The position numbers and the translations under genes are program-made. Below, in pieces: positions 26,818 through 35,090 of a DNA stretch of 64,000 bases; the first letter of the stretch is position 1, and each line of letters starts with the position of its first letter. The notes beneath the pieces are model-generated. The model was not told the origin of the DNA. It saw nothing but the letters and a program-made list of their open reading frames with translations, and ran no database searches. Source of the stretch: Clostridia bacterium. Its GTDB lineage: Bacteria; Bacillota; Clostridia; CAKSNL01; HGM11501. The DNA lies in assembly GCA_045123995.1 (NCBI GenBank), contig JBGVKY010000007.1, positions 109 to 64,108 on the forward strand. The letters are read 5' to 3'.

Positions 26818-27792
26818 TCATACCTCACGCCAGTCAGGTCCGTACAAAATTCCGTCTCTTATCTTATATCCTGCATTTTCAAGATAATCCACATCAGCTG
26901 CGCTCAAAGCTTTTATTCCGTTTGTTTTATATATAGCTACAGCATTTTCAACCGGGTCATAGTTTGAAAGATAACTGTTTCCCGCAGCATCATATAAAAT
27001 CCCTGTGGAGGGATCGTACCAACACCCCTCTTCTATGGCTAAAAGCTTCTGGTCCCTGGATAAAGCCTCCCAGCCCATTGACTGAAAGTCCTGCATCATT
27101 AAAATATAATCTGACTTCTTAGCCTTATTTTCTGTTTCCTCTTCCTCCAAGGCCTCTTTTTCCTTTTCCCAAATTTCCTCTTCTTTTCTGATTTTTTCTT
27201 CGGCAAGAGCTATTTCCTTTAAGTTTTTGTCCTGCTCGTATAAAAATTCATCATATGCCATTTTATAAAAATCTGTCATTTTATCCGCCGCTTCCTCCAT
27301 GTAATCATTGTACTCTCCGCTTGCGGCCGATACTGCGTAGCTTCCTGCCACGCCTCCTGTCATGGAAGAAAGCTTACCAAGGGTATCTTCCATGGCCTTT
27401 TTTCCCTCTCTCTCCATCTTATTCACATAATTTTTATATTTTTTATCACTTTCAGGGTCATAGGTAAATTCGGCATCTTCATACTTTTTTAATGCCTTTT
27501 CTAAATCTACGTAGCCTTCTGCCTCTTCATAGTTGAAGGCGGGACTCATAGTACTGTTTCCCTTAAGACCCATGCCTATTTCATCGCTTCGTCTTCCGTC
27601 AGAAAGCTCCCATATACCTGTAGCTTCATCATAATAACTATCCTTACCGGTTTTTGCATCCCATCTTTTTACAAGCTGCACCTGTCTCTCATGGGCTCCT
27701 TCAGGGTCCAATGCCCAATCTTCTCTGTTTTTTTGAAATTCCCGATCAAATTCTTCTTTTGTAATATCTTCATACATAAACTCATCTTTCAT
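26818..27792 (-). CDS. phage protein of unknown function (acidic, coiled-coil; positionally like the SPP1 gp7-type minor head protein)
   Basis: 324 aa. Overlaps the portal stop by 11 nt. GGAGAAGG RBS. No diagnostic motif. Confidence 0.3.
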   Translation of the reverse strand: MKDEFMYEDITKEEFDREFQKNREDWALDPEGAHERQVQLVKRWDAKTGKDSYYDEATGIWELSDGRRSDEIGMGLKGNSTMSPAFNYEEAEGYVDLEKALKKYEDAEFTYDPESDKKYKNYVNKMEREGKKAMEDTLGKLSSMTGGVAGSYAVSAASGEYNDYMEEAADKMTDFYKMAYDEFLYEQDKNLKEIALAEEKIRKEEEIWEKEKEALEEEETENKAKKSDYILMMQDFQSMGWEALSRDQKLLAIEEGCWYDPSTGILYDAAGNSYLSNYDPVENAVAIYKTNGIKALSAADVDYLENAGYKIRDGILYGPDWREV

Positions 27793-29443
27793 AAGCCTTC
27801 TCCTCTCTCAATTTTTCCTGCCTTTCAAAATTGGTTATTTTTGAAACAATCTCATCCTTTCCGTCAAAATCCATCATGGATAACATGAGCAGAGCCTGAT
27901 GAGAATTTTTCGGATTGAAAATCCCCATTCTGTAAAGATTACTTGCCGTTTCATTCTGGGAAAGCTTTGAATAAGGATTGGTTTTCTGCGCCTTCACACT
28001 TATATCAAATATGGGTTTCCTTTTCAGAGAATTTCCTTCGTGGTCCGTAAGCTTCACCCCACCGGGACCTACAGTATCCTTAATCACCAGGTTTTTGTTG
28101 GAATAAGACACAAATTTTTCGCCCTCATTTGGTTTTACAATTCTGAAGGTTCTCTCGTTTGTATAAAACTGTCTTATAAGCTCGATAACAAGATTTATTA
28201 TCTTGACGTAGGCACGGTAACTGGTTTTTATCATATCACGGCTGGTTTTGTTCCCTGCCTCCTGAAGTGTTGCTATTGCCGCACCGCTGGTTACGCCGCC
28301 CTGGGTTCCTCCGGAATTTACATCTCTGTTTCCTATATTTTCTTTAAGCTCGTAAATCTTTCTTTCCAGAAGCTTATAATAAATTCCGCTTAAGGGATTT
28401 AATGAAATCTGATGGAAACGTTCATCAGATATATCTCCCGCCACGGAAACAAAGGGCTTTGACCAGTCGGAAAATTCCTTTTCGTTTATGCCAACGTCTT
28501 TTTTCTTGAACCATCTGGGAGTTGTGGCTTTCTTGGTATAATCCATTATAAGGGCGTCCAGACAGTCGATATATTCCTGGGCATCTTTGGTTACACTTAT
28601 AATTCCGTAGCCTGTAACCTTATCAGCTTCAGGATAAAGTGTATCTATAACCACAGGATATAAACCGTGGTCATAAAATCCCTTTTCTTTATAGTCCGGG
28701 TCATCTTCAGATGCGTAAAGCACGGTATCACCTGTATATTTACAGTAGTGAAGCACTGTTTTTCCATTGACCCTTTTCTTATAGTACCAGTCCACAACCA
28801 ATGTCTGATTGCTTCTATCCACCTCGTCATCCTTTTCATATTCCGATAGGGTAACAGCTTCCTTTGATATTTCCTTATCGGGATAGCGTTCCTTAAGAAC
28901 ATCTGCGTCCATAGCGGCACAGATAAAAAGATTTGGACTTTTCTGTATATCCGAAACCGCAGGGTCCCAGAAAAGATTTAAAAGGTCAATATTTTTAACC
29001 GTTATATCTCCTATTCCAAAGTCTTTGTCCACATCCCAGAAAACTCCGTAGCAGGCACTTCCATGTTTAAGCTTGTACCAGGTGCCTTCAGAGTAGGTTT
29101 CTTCAAATTCATTTCTGTCCAAAATAACCGGAATTATATCCGTGAGCATGGCCGCTTCATTCATATCTGACTCTTCCCTTGGAAGCATATAGGGTATGGG
29201 GTAGCTATCCATCATGTCGGCATGCTTATTCACAACTGCATTCCACATATACGCCGAGCTCGAGGGGGTAACTCCATTGTTTTCTCCGGATTTTTTCCAC
29301 ATCTGAAGACGCCATGCTTTTTCTTCCTCCACTATTCTGGATTCCAGGTTGACTTTCCCGTTCTTATATCTTTCCAATATAGCGGAAGCTTCCATGATTC
29401 TTTCATCCGAAGCTTTTTTATTTACACTTTTAATCTTTTTCAT
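27782..29443 (-). CDS. phage portal protein (putative)
   Basis: ~550 aa, immediately 3-prime of the terminase large subunit, as is usual for portals. Start chosen at ATG 29443 (RBS GAAAGGAGAATT); the ORF-track start is a TTG at 29509. Confidence 0.5.
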   Translation of the reverse strand: MKKIKSVNKKASDERIMEASAILERYKNGKVNLESRIVEEEKAWRLQMWKKSGENNGVTPSSSAYMWNAVVNKHADMMDSYPIPYMLPREESDMNEAAMLTDIIPVILDRNEFEETYSEGTWYKLKHGSACYGVFWDVDKDFGIGDITVKNIDLLNLFWDPAVSDIQKSPNLFICAAMDADVLKERYPDKEISKEAVTLSEYEKDDEVDRSNQTLVVDWYYKKRVNGKTVLHYCKYTGDTVLYASEDDPDYKEKGFYDHGLYPVVIDTLYPEADKVTGYGIISVTKDAQEYIDCLDALIMDYTKKATTPRWFKKKDVGINEKEFSDWSKPFVSVAGDISDERFHQISLNPLSGIYYKLLERKIYELKENIGNRDVNSGGTQGGVTSGAAIATLQEAGNKTSRDMIKTSYRAYVKIINLVIELIRQFYTNERTFRIVKPNEGEKFVSYSNKNLVIKDTVGPGGVKLTDHEGNSLKRKPIFDISVKAQKTNPYSKLSQNETASNLYRMGIFNPKNSHQALLMLSMMDFDGKDEIVSKITNFERQEKLREEKAYER

Positions 29444-29453
29444 AATTCTCCTT

Positions 29454-30860
29454 TCAGTACAGCAAATAGTCATATTTCCCCACTTTAACATCCTTTGAAA
29501 GAGGGTCAAATGCCTTTATTTCATAAGGAATGCTAAGCGAAGGAGCAATGGGCTTTGCCATACACATATACCTTACCTCATCGGCAATGTGATCCTCTCC
29601 CTCAGTGTCCAGATCCTCAGGATGAGTTTTCGAAAAAACCAAGGAGGGAAAGGTTTTTATAAATCCCTCGCAGTTGGAAAACACATACATCATCGGAATT
29701 TTATTTTCATCAAAATTCAGTCTGTAATGTACCTGCATCCAACCGGGGATTCTGTTATTGTCTCCCTTGTCAAAGTATATACCGAAGCTTTCTGCTGTTT
29801 CGTAAACCGAAGTCCCACGGGACTTGTCCCAGATAGAGGGGTCTGCAACACCTGAAATTTCTTTGCCTTTCAGCCAGGCGTGGCTTTTTTCCAATTCGGA
29901 AACTTTCGAAAATATCTTTTCAGGTGTCCATTTAACCCCTCTGTTGGGTATATAAAATCCGCCCTCATCCCTTGCACAGCCATAAAGCTCTAAAATTCTG
30001 TAGAGTCTGCCGTCAAAGTCAATCGCCCACCAGGCAACTGAAAAGGGCCTTGCGTATCCGAAGTCGAAGCTTCGCATAATTGTCCATTCCGGTGGCGGAG
30101 TAAAGGGTGCAATAACATGTGTATCAATTCTGTCTTCGTAATGCTCAATATTATTTTTAAATTCCGAAAAAAACTGTCCCTCGAAAATATCCCAGTCTCC
30201 GTATAATAAGGCCTTCTTCTCCGATAGGGGTAGAGATTCCAGTCTCTTTATATATGACGGGTCGTTTTCCATTAAAAACTTATTTTCCTCCACTCTTGCT
30301 GGAATGAACAAAAAAGTTGTATCTCCTTTTCTAAAGGGTTTTCCGGGGATTCCTGGGTTTATGAACATGGTCTTCACCCAGGAATGCCCCTTGCTTCCGG
30401 GGTTGGTGGAGGACTTTATCTGCTTAGGAAATTTATTGACGCCTCGAAGACGGCTCCTCATATACTTATACTGATATTCCGTAAAATGAGTAAGCTCATC
30501 AAAGCGGATTATATCATATTCTGCCGACTGGTAATTGGTAACATCAGAATCATTTGCTATATACCCAAACTCAATGAATGAACCGTTTACAAAAGTCATC
30601 TTATGATTTACGGAAGAATATGTATAAATTTCTTTCGGAAAAAGGGAAAGTGCCGTAAGTATAATTGAACGGTTAAGCTCAGGAAATGAATTTCTTAAAA
30701 TTATCTGCTTTATTCCGGGATATGCCATAGCCTTTATAAAAGCATCTATAAGCTGTCCGTAGCTTTTTCCGCCCCCGGCGGCTCCTCCGTATAAAACTTC
30801 ATCCTCTTTGGCATCAATAAACATTTTCTGTTTTTTTGTTACATTTAAGTCTATCTCCAT
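29454..30860 (-). CDS. terL: phage terminase large subunit
   Basis: Walker A YGGAAGGGKSY near the N-terminus, Walker B-like IIRFDELTHF, C-terminal nuclease region with acidic residues. 468 aa. Confidence 0.75.
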   Translation of the reverse strand: MEIDLNVTKKQKMFIDAKEDEVLYGGAAGGGKSYGQLIDAFIKAMAYPGIKQIILRNSFPELNRSIILTALSLFPKEIYTYSSVNHKMTFVNGSFIEFGYIANDSDVTNYQSAEYDIIRFDELTHFTEYQYKYMRSRLRGVNKFPKQIKSSTNPGSKGHSWVKTMFINPGIPGKPFRKGDTTFLFIPARVEENKFLMENDPSYIKRLESLPLSEKKALLYGDWDIFEGQFFSEFKNNIEHYEDRIDTHVIAPFTPPPEWTIMRSFDFGYARPFSVAWWAIDFDGRLYRILELYGCARDEGGFYIPNRGVKWTPEKIFSKVSELEKSHAWLKGKEISGVADPSIWDKSRGTSVYETAESFGIYFDKGDNNRIPGWMQVHYRLNFDENKIPMMYVFSNCEGFIKTFPSLVFSKTHPEDLDTEGEDHIADEVRYMCMAKPIAPSLSIPYEIKAFDPLSKDVKVGKYDYLLY

Positions 30861-30879
30861 TTTTCCTCCCCGGTCCTTT

Positions 30880-31128
30880 TTAGCCTTCAGACAATTCGCT
30901 TATGCGCTCCTGGGCCTTGCCCTTCTGTCCCAATGCCTGCTCTATTACTAGGGCATATTTTCTCTTGATTTTTACTTTCTTTCCTCTGGGAACTATGAGC
31001 GCTGTTCCGTTTAAGATTACAACAACGTCATCTTTATATCTGCCGTCATCCTTGTGAAGTGTTATTTCAACTTCCTCATTTAAGTAATCCTTGTTTTCGT
31101 AAATGTTTTCTTTAACCTTTGTAGCCAT
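30880..31128 (-). CDS. small phage protein of unknown function (82 aa, basic)
   Basis: ATG 31128 preceded by GAAAGGAA; the ORF-track TTG start at 31146 abuts the capsid stop. No motif. Confidence 0.3.
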   Translation of the reverse strand: MATKVKENIYENKDYLNEEVEITLHKDDGRYKDDVVVILNGTALIVPRGKKVKIKRKYALVIEQALGQKGKAQERISELSEG

Positions 31129-31146
31129 AGTATCAATTCCTTTCAA

Positions 31147-32148
31147 TTAGTTTTCTTCGTCTTCAAAGCTTGATGTGGTTTCTACTCTTACCATGTAAGG
31201 TTCAACCAGAATTTCTGCAGTATGGTATGCTTTCCAGCCCACTGTAGAACGCTGATTTAAGGGGTCTCCCGTACCTGCGGAACCCAACGCCTTAACGATG
31301 GTTGTAAGACCTCCGCCTTCAATATCTGTTATACCGTAAGCATCCTTACCGAAAATAAGAGTTGCATAAACGCTTCTTCCGTCGGCACCTTCCTTCCAGA
31401 TTTTAGCCTCTGTTGATTCGATTACCTTTACTCCTGCAATTTCTCCGATTTCACCGTTATAGATTTTTTCGACGTTATTTGAAGTGTACTTCTGGGCTTC
31501 AATCCAGTCGGGATCACTCATCAAATCGTAAGCTACTGAAGGATGCATGATTGCAATATAGTAACCGTCAATTTTGGGTGTGTTGTTCATTTTAAGAGTG
31601 CGGACTGCTCTCTTTAATACGTCAACGGACATATAGTGATTTCCTGTTTCAGCTCCGCCCTTTAATGCCCCTCTTGCTTCAACGCTGCCGTCAAAGTACT
31701 GAACGTTTGTACCGCAAACCAAAATATCTCTTTCCACGTTGTCGATGGTTCTTGCCGCCTGGTCTGAAATAAGCTCCAGGGTTTCGGTTACCACGGGGTC
31801 TATTGACATAACGTTAAGATTATCGGAAATTGTGACATATCCGCCGTACTGGTGAATTGTACCCGTCACAGTGGATACGTCAAGATTCTGTCCGTCGGGA
31901 GTTACGCCCTCTGTGAGAGGTGTTGTAGCCTTACCGAGAGGTGTAAACTTACGGAACTCGATCTGATTACCGCCGTTTACAGGGATGTTTCTCTTCTGAC
32001 CGAACTGACCGTGTATAAGATTGGGCTTTGCCAGATGAATTAAGGTTTTGTCATAGAAAACCTTGTTCTGTGATACTAAATTGTTGCCTTCCTTGTTAGA
32101 TGTCATTGTGTTGGTGTTAAGACCAAATAAGTTTAAGTTGATATTCAT
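31147..32148 (-). CDS. phage major capsid protein (putative)
   Basis: 333 aa, directly downstream of the scaffold-like and Prp-like genes. Strong GGAGGA RBS. Assignment by position and size only. Confidence 0.45.
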   Translation of the reverse strand: MNINLNLFGLNTNTMTSNKEGNNLVSQNKVFYDKTLIHLAKPNLIHGQFGQKRNIPVNGGNQIEFRKFTPLGKATTPLTEGVTPDGQNLDVSTVTGTIHQYGGYVTISDNLNVMSIDPVVTETLELISDQAARTIDNVERDILVCGTNVQYFDGSVEARGALKGGAETGNHYMSVDVLKRAVRTLKMNNTPKIDGYYIAIMHPSVAYDLMSDPDWIEAQKYTSNNVEKIYNGEIGEIAGVKVIESTEAKIWKEGADGRSVYATLIFGKDAYGITDIEGGGLTTIVKALGSAGTGDPLNQRSTVGWKAYHTAEILVEPYMVRVETTSSFEDEEN

Positions 32149-32166
32149 TATAATTCCTCCATTTAA

Positions 32167-32844
32167 TTATTCTGCGAAAGTTATTTTTTCGCCGTTTTTT
32201 ACTTTTTTGAGAATTTCATCAATTTCCTTATCTGTCAGTGCTCCTGCACTTTTCTTAGCACGGACAGAGGGTGAATTTTCAATTCCCGCTTCATTGATAC
32301 GGCCTTTTCCTGCACGGATATTTTCCAGGGCCGCTTTAGATGCATGTTCGCTTATGCCTTTTGATATTTCGTCGAAATTTAAAGCCCTGTATAAAGAAGT
32401 CATGGGAATTCCTGCATTAAGTCCTTTTACAAAATCAGGTTTTTCAAATTCCTTTGAAAACTTGAATTCAGGATATATTTCCGAGGTTTTCTTCGCCTCG
32501 TCCATCCACTTTTCATACATTTTTTCAAACGTTTCTCCTTCGTAGTTATTTTTAGAAGGAGCAAGCACCTCCTTCTTTAAATCCTTTAATATAAGAGTTA
32601 CAAGGCTTTCTATGTCGCTTATGCCGTAATACTCTATTAAAGGTGCAAGGCTTTTTCTAATTGATACCAGTGCTTCTTCGGTTTCTCTCATTTTTTTGAA
32701 GCGCTTGGCAAATTCTCTGTCGAATTTCTTCTGAAACTCGTCTTTATATTCATTTTGCATGAGGTCTGAAAATTTCTTTCCTTTTTCTTCTCCCACGCCC
32801 GGGCTTTTTACTTCCCTCTCATTTTTTTCTTTCTTATTTTCCAT
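32167..32844 (-). CDS. phage scaffolding protein (putative)
   Basis: 225 aa, very charged and predicted helical (KE-rich), located between the Prp-like protease and the capsid gene. Confidence 0.4.
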   Translation of the reverse strand: MENKKEKNEREVKSPGVGEEKGKKFSDLMQNEYKDEFQKKFDREFAKRFKKMRETEEALVSIRKSLAPLIEYYGISDIESLVTLILKDLKKEVLAPSKNNYEGETFEKMYEKWMDEAKKTSEIYPEFKFSKEFEKPDFVKGLNAGIPMTSLYRALNFDEISKGISEHASKAALENIRAGKGRINEAGIENSPSVRAKKSAGALTDKEIDEILKKVKNGEKITFAE

Positions 32845-32864
32845 GAAAAATCCCTCCTAAAAGT

Positions 32865-33158
32865 TTACTCCGCAAATTCTTTTGCTAAAATCAAATCTTC
32901 CCTGTATTTTTCCCCTATTATTTCTATACCGCATCTGAACATTTTCAGTGCTTCTTTCGCCTTTCCATTAAAGATAATTTCTGAATTACCCTCAAGGACC
33001 CGGCACTTTTTGAAAATACAGCCCGACTCTTTTAAGTACCCTAAAAGAGCGTAAAACAATCCGGATACCGCATGGCATACCTCACTTTTTTCGGCATGTC
33101 CCAAAATTTTTATTCGGGTATCCTCATTTTCTTCTACCGAAACCGAAATCATACGCAT
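32865..33158 (-). CDS. Prp-like cysteine protease (ribosomal-processing protease homologue used by phages for capsid/scaffold N-terminal cleavage)
   Basis: ILGHAEKSEVCHAVSGLFYAL fits the Prp GHA...VCAAVS catalytic His/Cys dyad pattern. ~100 aa. Confidence 0.5.
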   Translation of the reverse strand: MRMISVSVEENEDTRIKILGHAEKSEVCHAVSGLFYALLGYLKESGCIFKKCRVLEGNSEIIFNGKAKEALKMFRCGIEIIGEKYREDLILAKEFAE

Positions 33159-33179
33159 CCCCCCTTTCAATAATTTTTC

Positions 33180-33770
33180 CTATTTTTCGATTAACTTTTT
33201 CTGATATCTTCTTATTATTGCCCTTAAGTAATCTGCCTTGACCTTTGCTTTTCCCGATAAGAAAAGCTCCCAGTTTATCACATTCTTAAAGGTTATAATG
33301 CCATCTTTATACATGGTGTTCACAAGTTCATCTTCCGATACCTTAAGGATTTCATCAAAGGGGAATTTATCTCCGGGACACTCTGTTACCGAAAAGTCCG
33401 AATGTTTATAAATTCTAAAATCCTTGCCGTAGATTTCTTCTAAGTAAGCTAAAAGCTTTCTTCCTGCTTCCAGCTGTTCCTTCCCCATGGACTCTTTTGT
33501 AAAGTCTCCCTCAAAGCAAATTCCTATACTTTCCGTGTTCTTTCCCTGGCAGTGGGCACCCATGGTTTCTATGGGCCTTCCACGATATATGGAGCCGTCG
33601 CACCTCACATAGAAGTGATAGCCAATTCCTGCCCAGCCTTTTTTTATGTGGTCTTTATGTATGCTTAAAATATCACCGAAGCCTGCCCTGTGGTGCAAAA
33701 TTATTTTTTCAGTCTTGCTTCTTGCCTGAAGTCCGCCTTCAAATACAAGCTCTGTTTCAATTATGTTCAT
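33180..33770 (-). CDS. N-acetylmuramoyl-L-alanine amidase (Amidase_2/PGRP-type endolysin)
   Basis: Zn-binding His/Cys pattern of T7-lysozyme-type amidases (ILHHRAG, GYHFYV, HSDFSVTECPG). Confidence 0.8.
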   Translation of the reverse strand: MNIIETELVFEGGLQARSKTEKIILHHRAGFGDILSIHKDHIKKGWAGIGYHFYVRCDGSIYRGRPIETMGAHCQGKNTESIGICFEGDFTKESMGKEQLEAGRKLLAYLEEIYGKDFRIYKHSDFSVTECPGDKFPFDEILKVSEDELVNTMYKDGIITFKNVINWELFLSGKAKVKADYLRAIIRRYQKKLIEK

Positions 33771-34212
33771 TTAATACCCCCTCTACTTTACTTTTGCTTA
33801 CTTCAAGTCCTTTAATTAAAAATGAGGGAACTTCAACCTCCATCAATATAAGATTTTCCAGAATCGAGCGTATTTCATTTATAATAAATGTTGCCAGGGT
33901 AAACCAGCCGAAAAGAGCAGTAAAGCTTAAATCGGCTCCTATGTGATGCCCCATTTCCTTTAAGGAAACAGCTATGAAAAACGCCACGGCTATGCAAATC
34001 CAGTAACCTAATTTTTTAACTATTCCCCTGGCTCCTTTTAAGGAATTTTCAGCTCCGAAATACTTGGCTTTTAATATTCCCGTTATGTAATCCAAGATAT
34101 TCAATATCAAAAAGCATAAAAATAGGTACCAGTATTCTCCCAATATTCCCGAAAGCAAGGTGACTAAACTTCCCCACAAAAAGTTCATTTTGTTAAATAA
34201 TTTCTCCATCAT
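33757..34212 (-). CDS. phage holin (holin_4_1/TcdE-like family)
   Basis: 151 aa with three hydrophobic TM helices and a charged C-terminus. Overlaps the amidase start. Confidence 0.6.
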   Translation of the reverse strand: MMEKLFNKMNFLWGSLVTLLSGILGEYWYLFLCFLILNILDYITGILKAKYFGAENSLKGARGIVKKLGYWICIAVAFFIAVSLKEMGHHIGADLSFTALFGWFTLATFIINEIRSILENLILMEVEVPSFLIKGLEVSKSKVEGVLNEHN

Positions 34213-35090
34213 TTCTTCCTTATTTCCTCCTCTAATTCAAATATTTTTTCGTCGTATTTCTTAACCAGTGTGTCTACAATTTTTGCCATTTCACCACGTT
34301 TTAATGCTCCCTCGGGCTCAAAGGAGTTTTCGCTTCTTCCGTCGAAAATTCCCGAAAAATATCCATTTCTTATGTATTTTTCTGCCCAGTGGCCTGAAAC
34401 GTCATTAAAGGGCAGGTCGAACTTGTCCATAAATATCAGATACACCTCAGAAAGGTATTTAAAGTCCACCTCATGAAGACCATTATCTCCGAATTCTTCG
34501 CCCCAGGAATTCTGGCAAAGGGCTAAATTGTCCTTTGTCCAGCCTATAATGATTTCTGCATGACGGCCTAAACTTCCGTAGTCCCATATCATCATAAGGG
34601 GCAGATTAAATTCATAAAGAGTTCTTTTTATGTTGGTAGCAAAATCCTCATTCTTTTTGACCTTAAAATAATTACCCACCTTAAAGCCCATGGATTTAGG
34701 ATATTTTTCCTTATATTCCTTTGCCTTTTCGATTGCTTCGGGCACCTCAAAATTTCCCGGTGCAATCCTTCTTGTGGTTGTTCCTTCCTCTCTTCCCAGT
34801 TTTATTGTGGTTTCAGGGAACATTCCCTCTCCCGTGTGCTTTCTCCAGAGTCCGTAAACCATCAGCACCGAAAGGTCTGTATCATCCTTTTTATTTTTAA
34901 TTAAGTTTGCCTGCATACATTCGCAGATGGCATGAGCCACGCATGAGCTCACTGTTTTCTGGTCAAGTACCTTTGGCCTGTTTTTTATTATATATTCTTC
35001 GGGGAGCTCCTCCTTTTTTACCGTGATAATTTTTTCAATATCGTAAACTCCCGTACTTCCTACACTTTTCAATACTCCTGTTTTATGCAT
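34209..35090 (-). CDS. papain-like cysteine peptidase with C-terminal SLH (S-layer homology) domain; probable cell-wall-targeted lysin
   Basis: Cys in QKTVSSCVAHAICE and His in LGRHAEIIIGW (peptidase dyad). C-terminal FNDVSGHWAEKYIRNGYFSGIFDGRSENSFEPEGALKRGEMAKIV matches the SLH consensus. Confidence 0.5.
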   Translation of the reverse strand: MHKTGVLKSVGSTGVYDIEKIITVKKEELPEEYIIKNRPKVLDQKTVSSCVAHAICECMQANLIKNKKDDTDLSVLMVYGLWRKHTGEGMFPETTIKLGREEGTTTRRIAPGNFEVPEAIEKAKEYKEKYPKSMGFKVGNYFKVKKNEDFATNIKRTLYEFNLPLMMIWDYGSLGRHAEIIIGWTKDNLALCQNSWGEEFGDNGLHEVDFKYLSEVYLIFMDKFDLPFNDVSGHWAEKYIRNGYFSGIFDGRSENSFEPEGALKRGEMAKIVDTLVKKYDEKIFELEEEIRKK

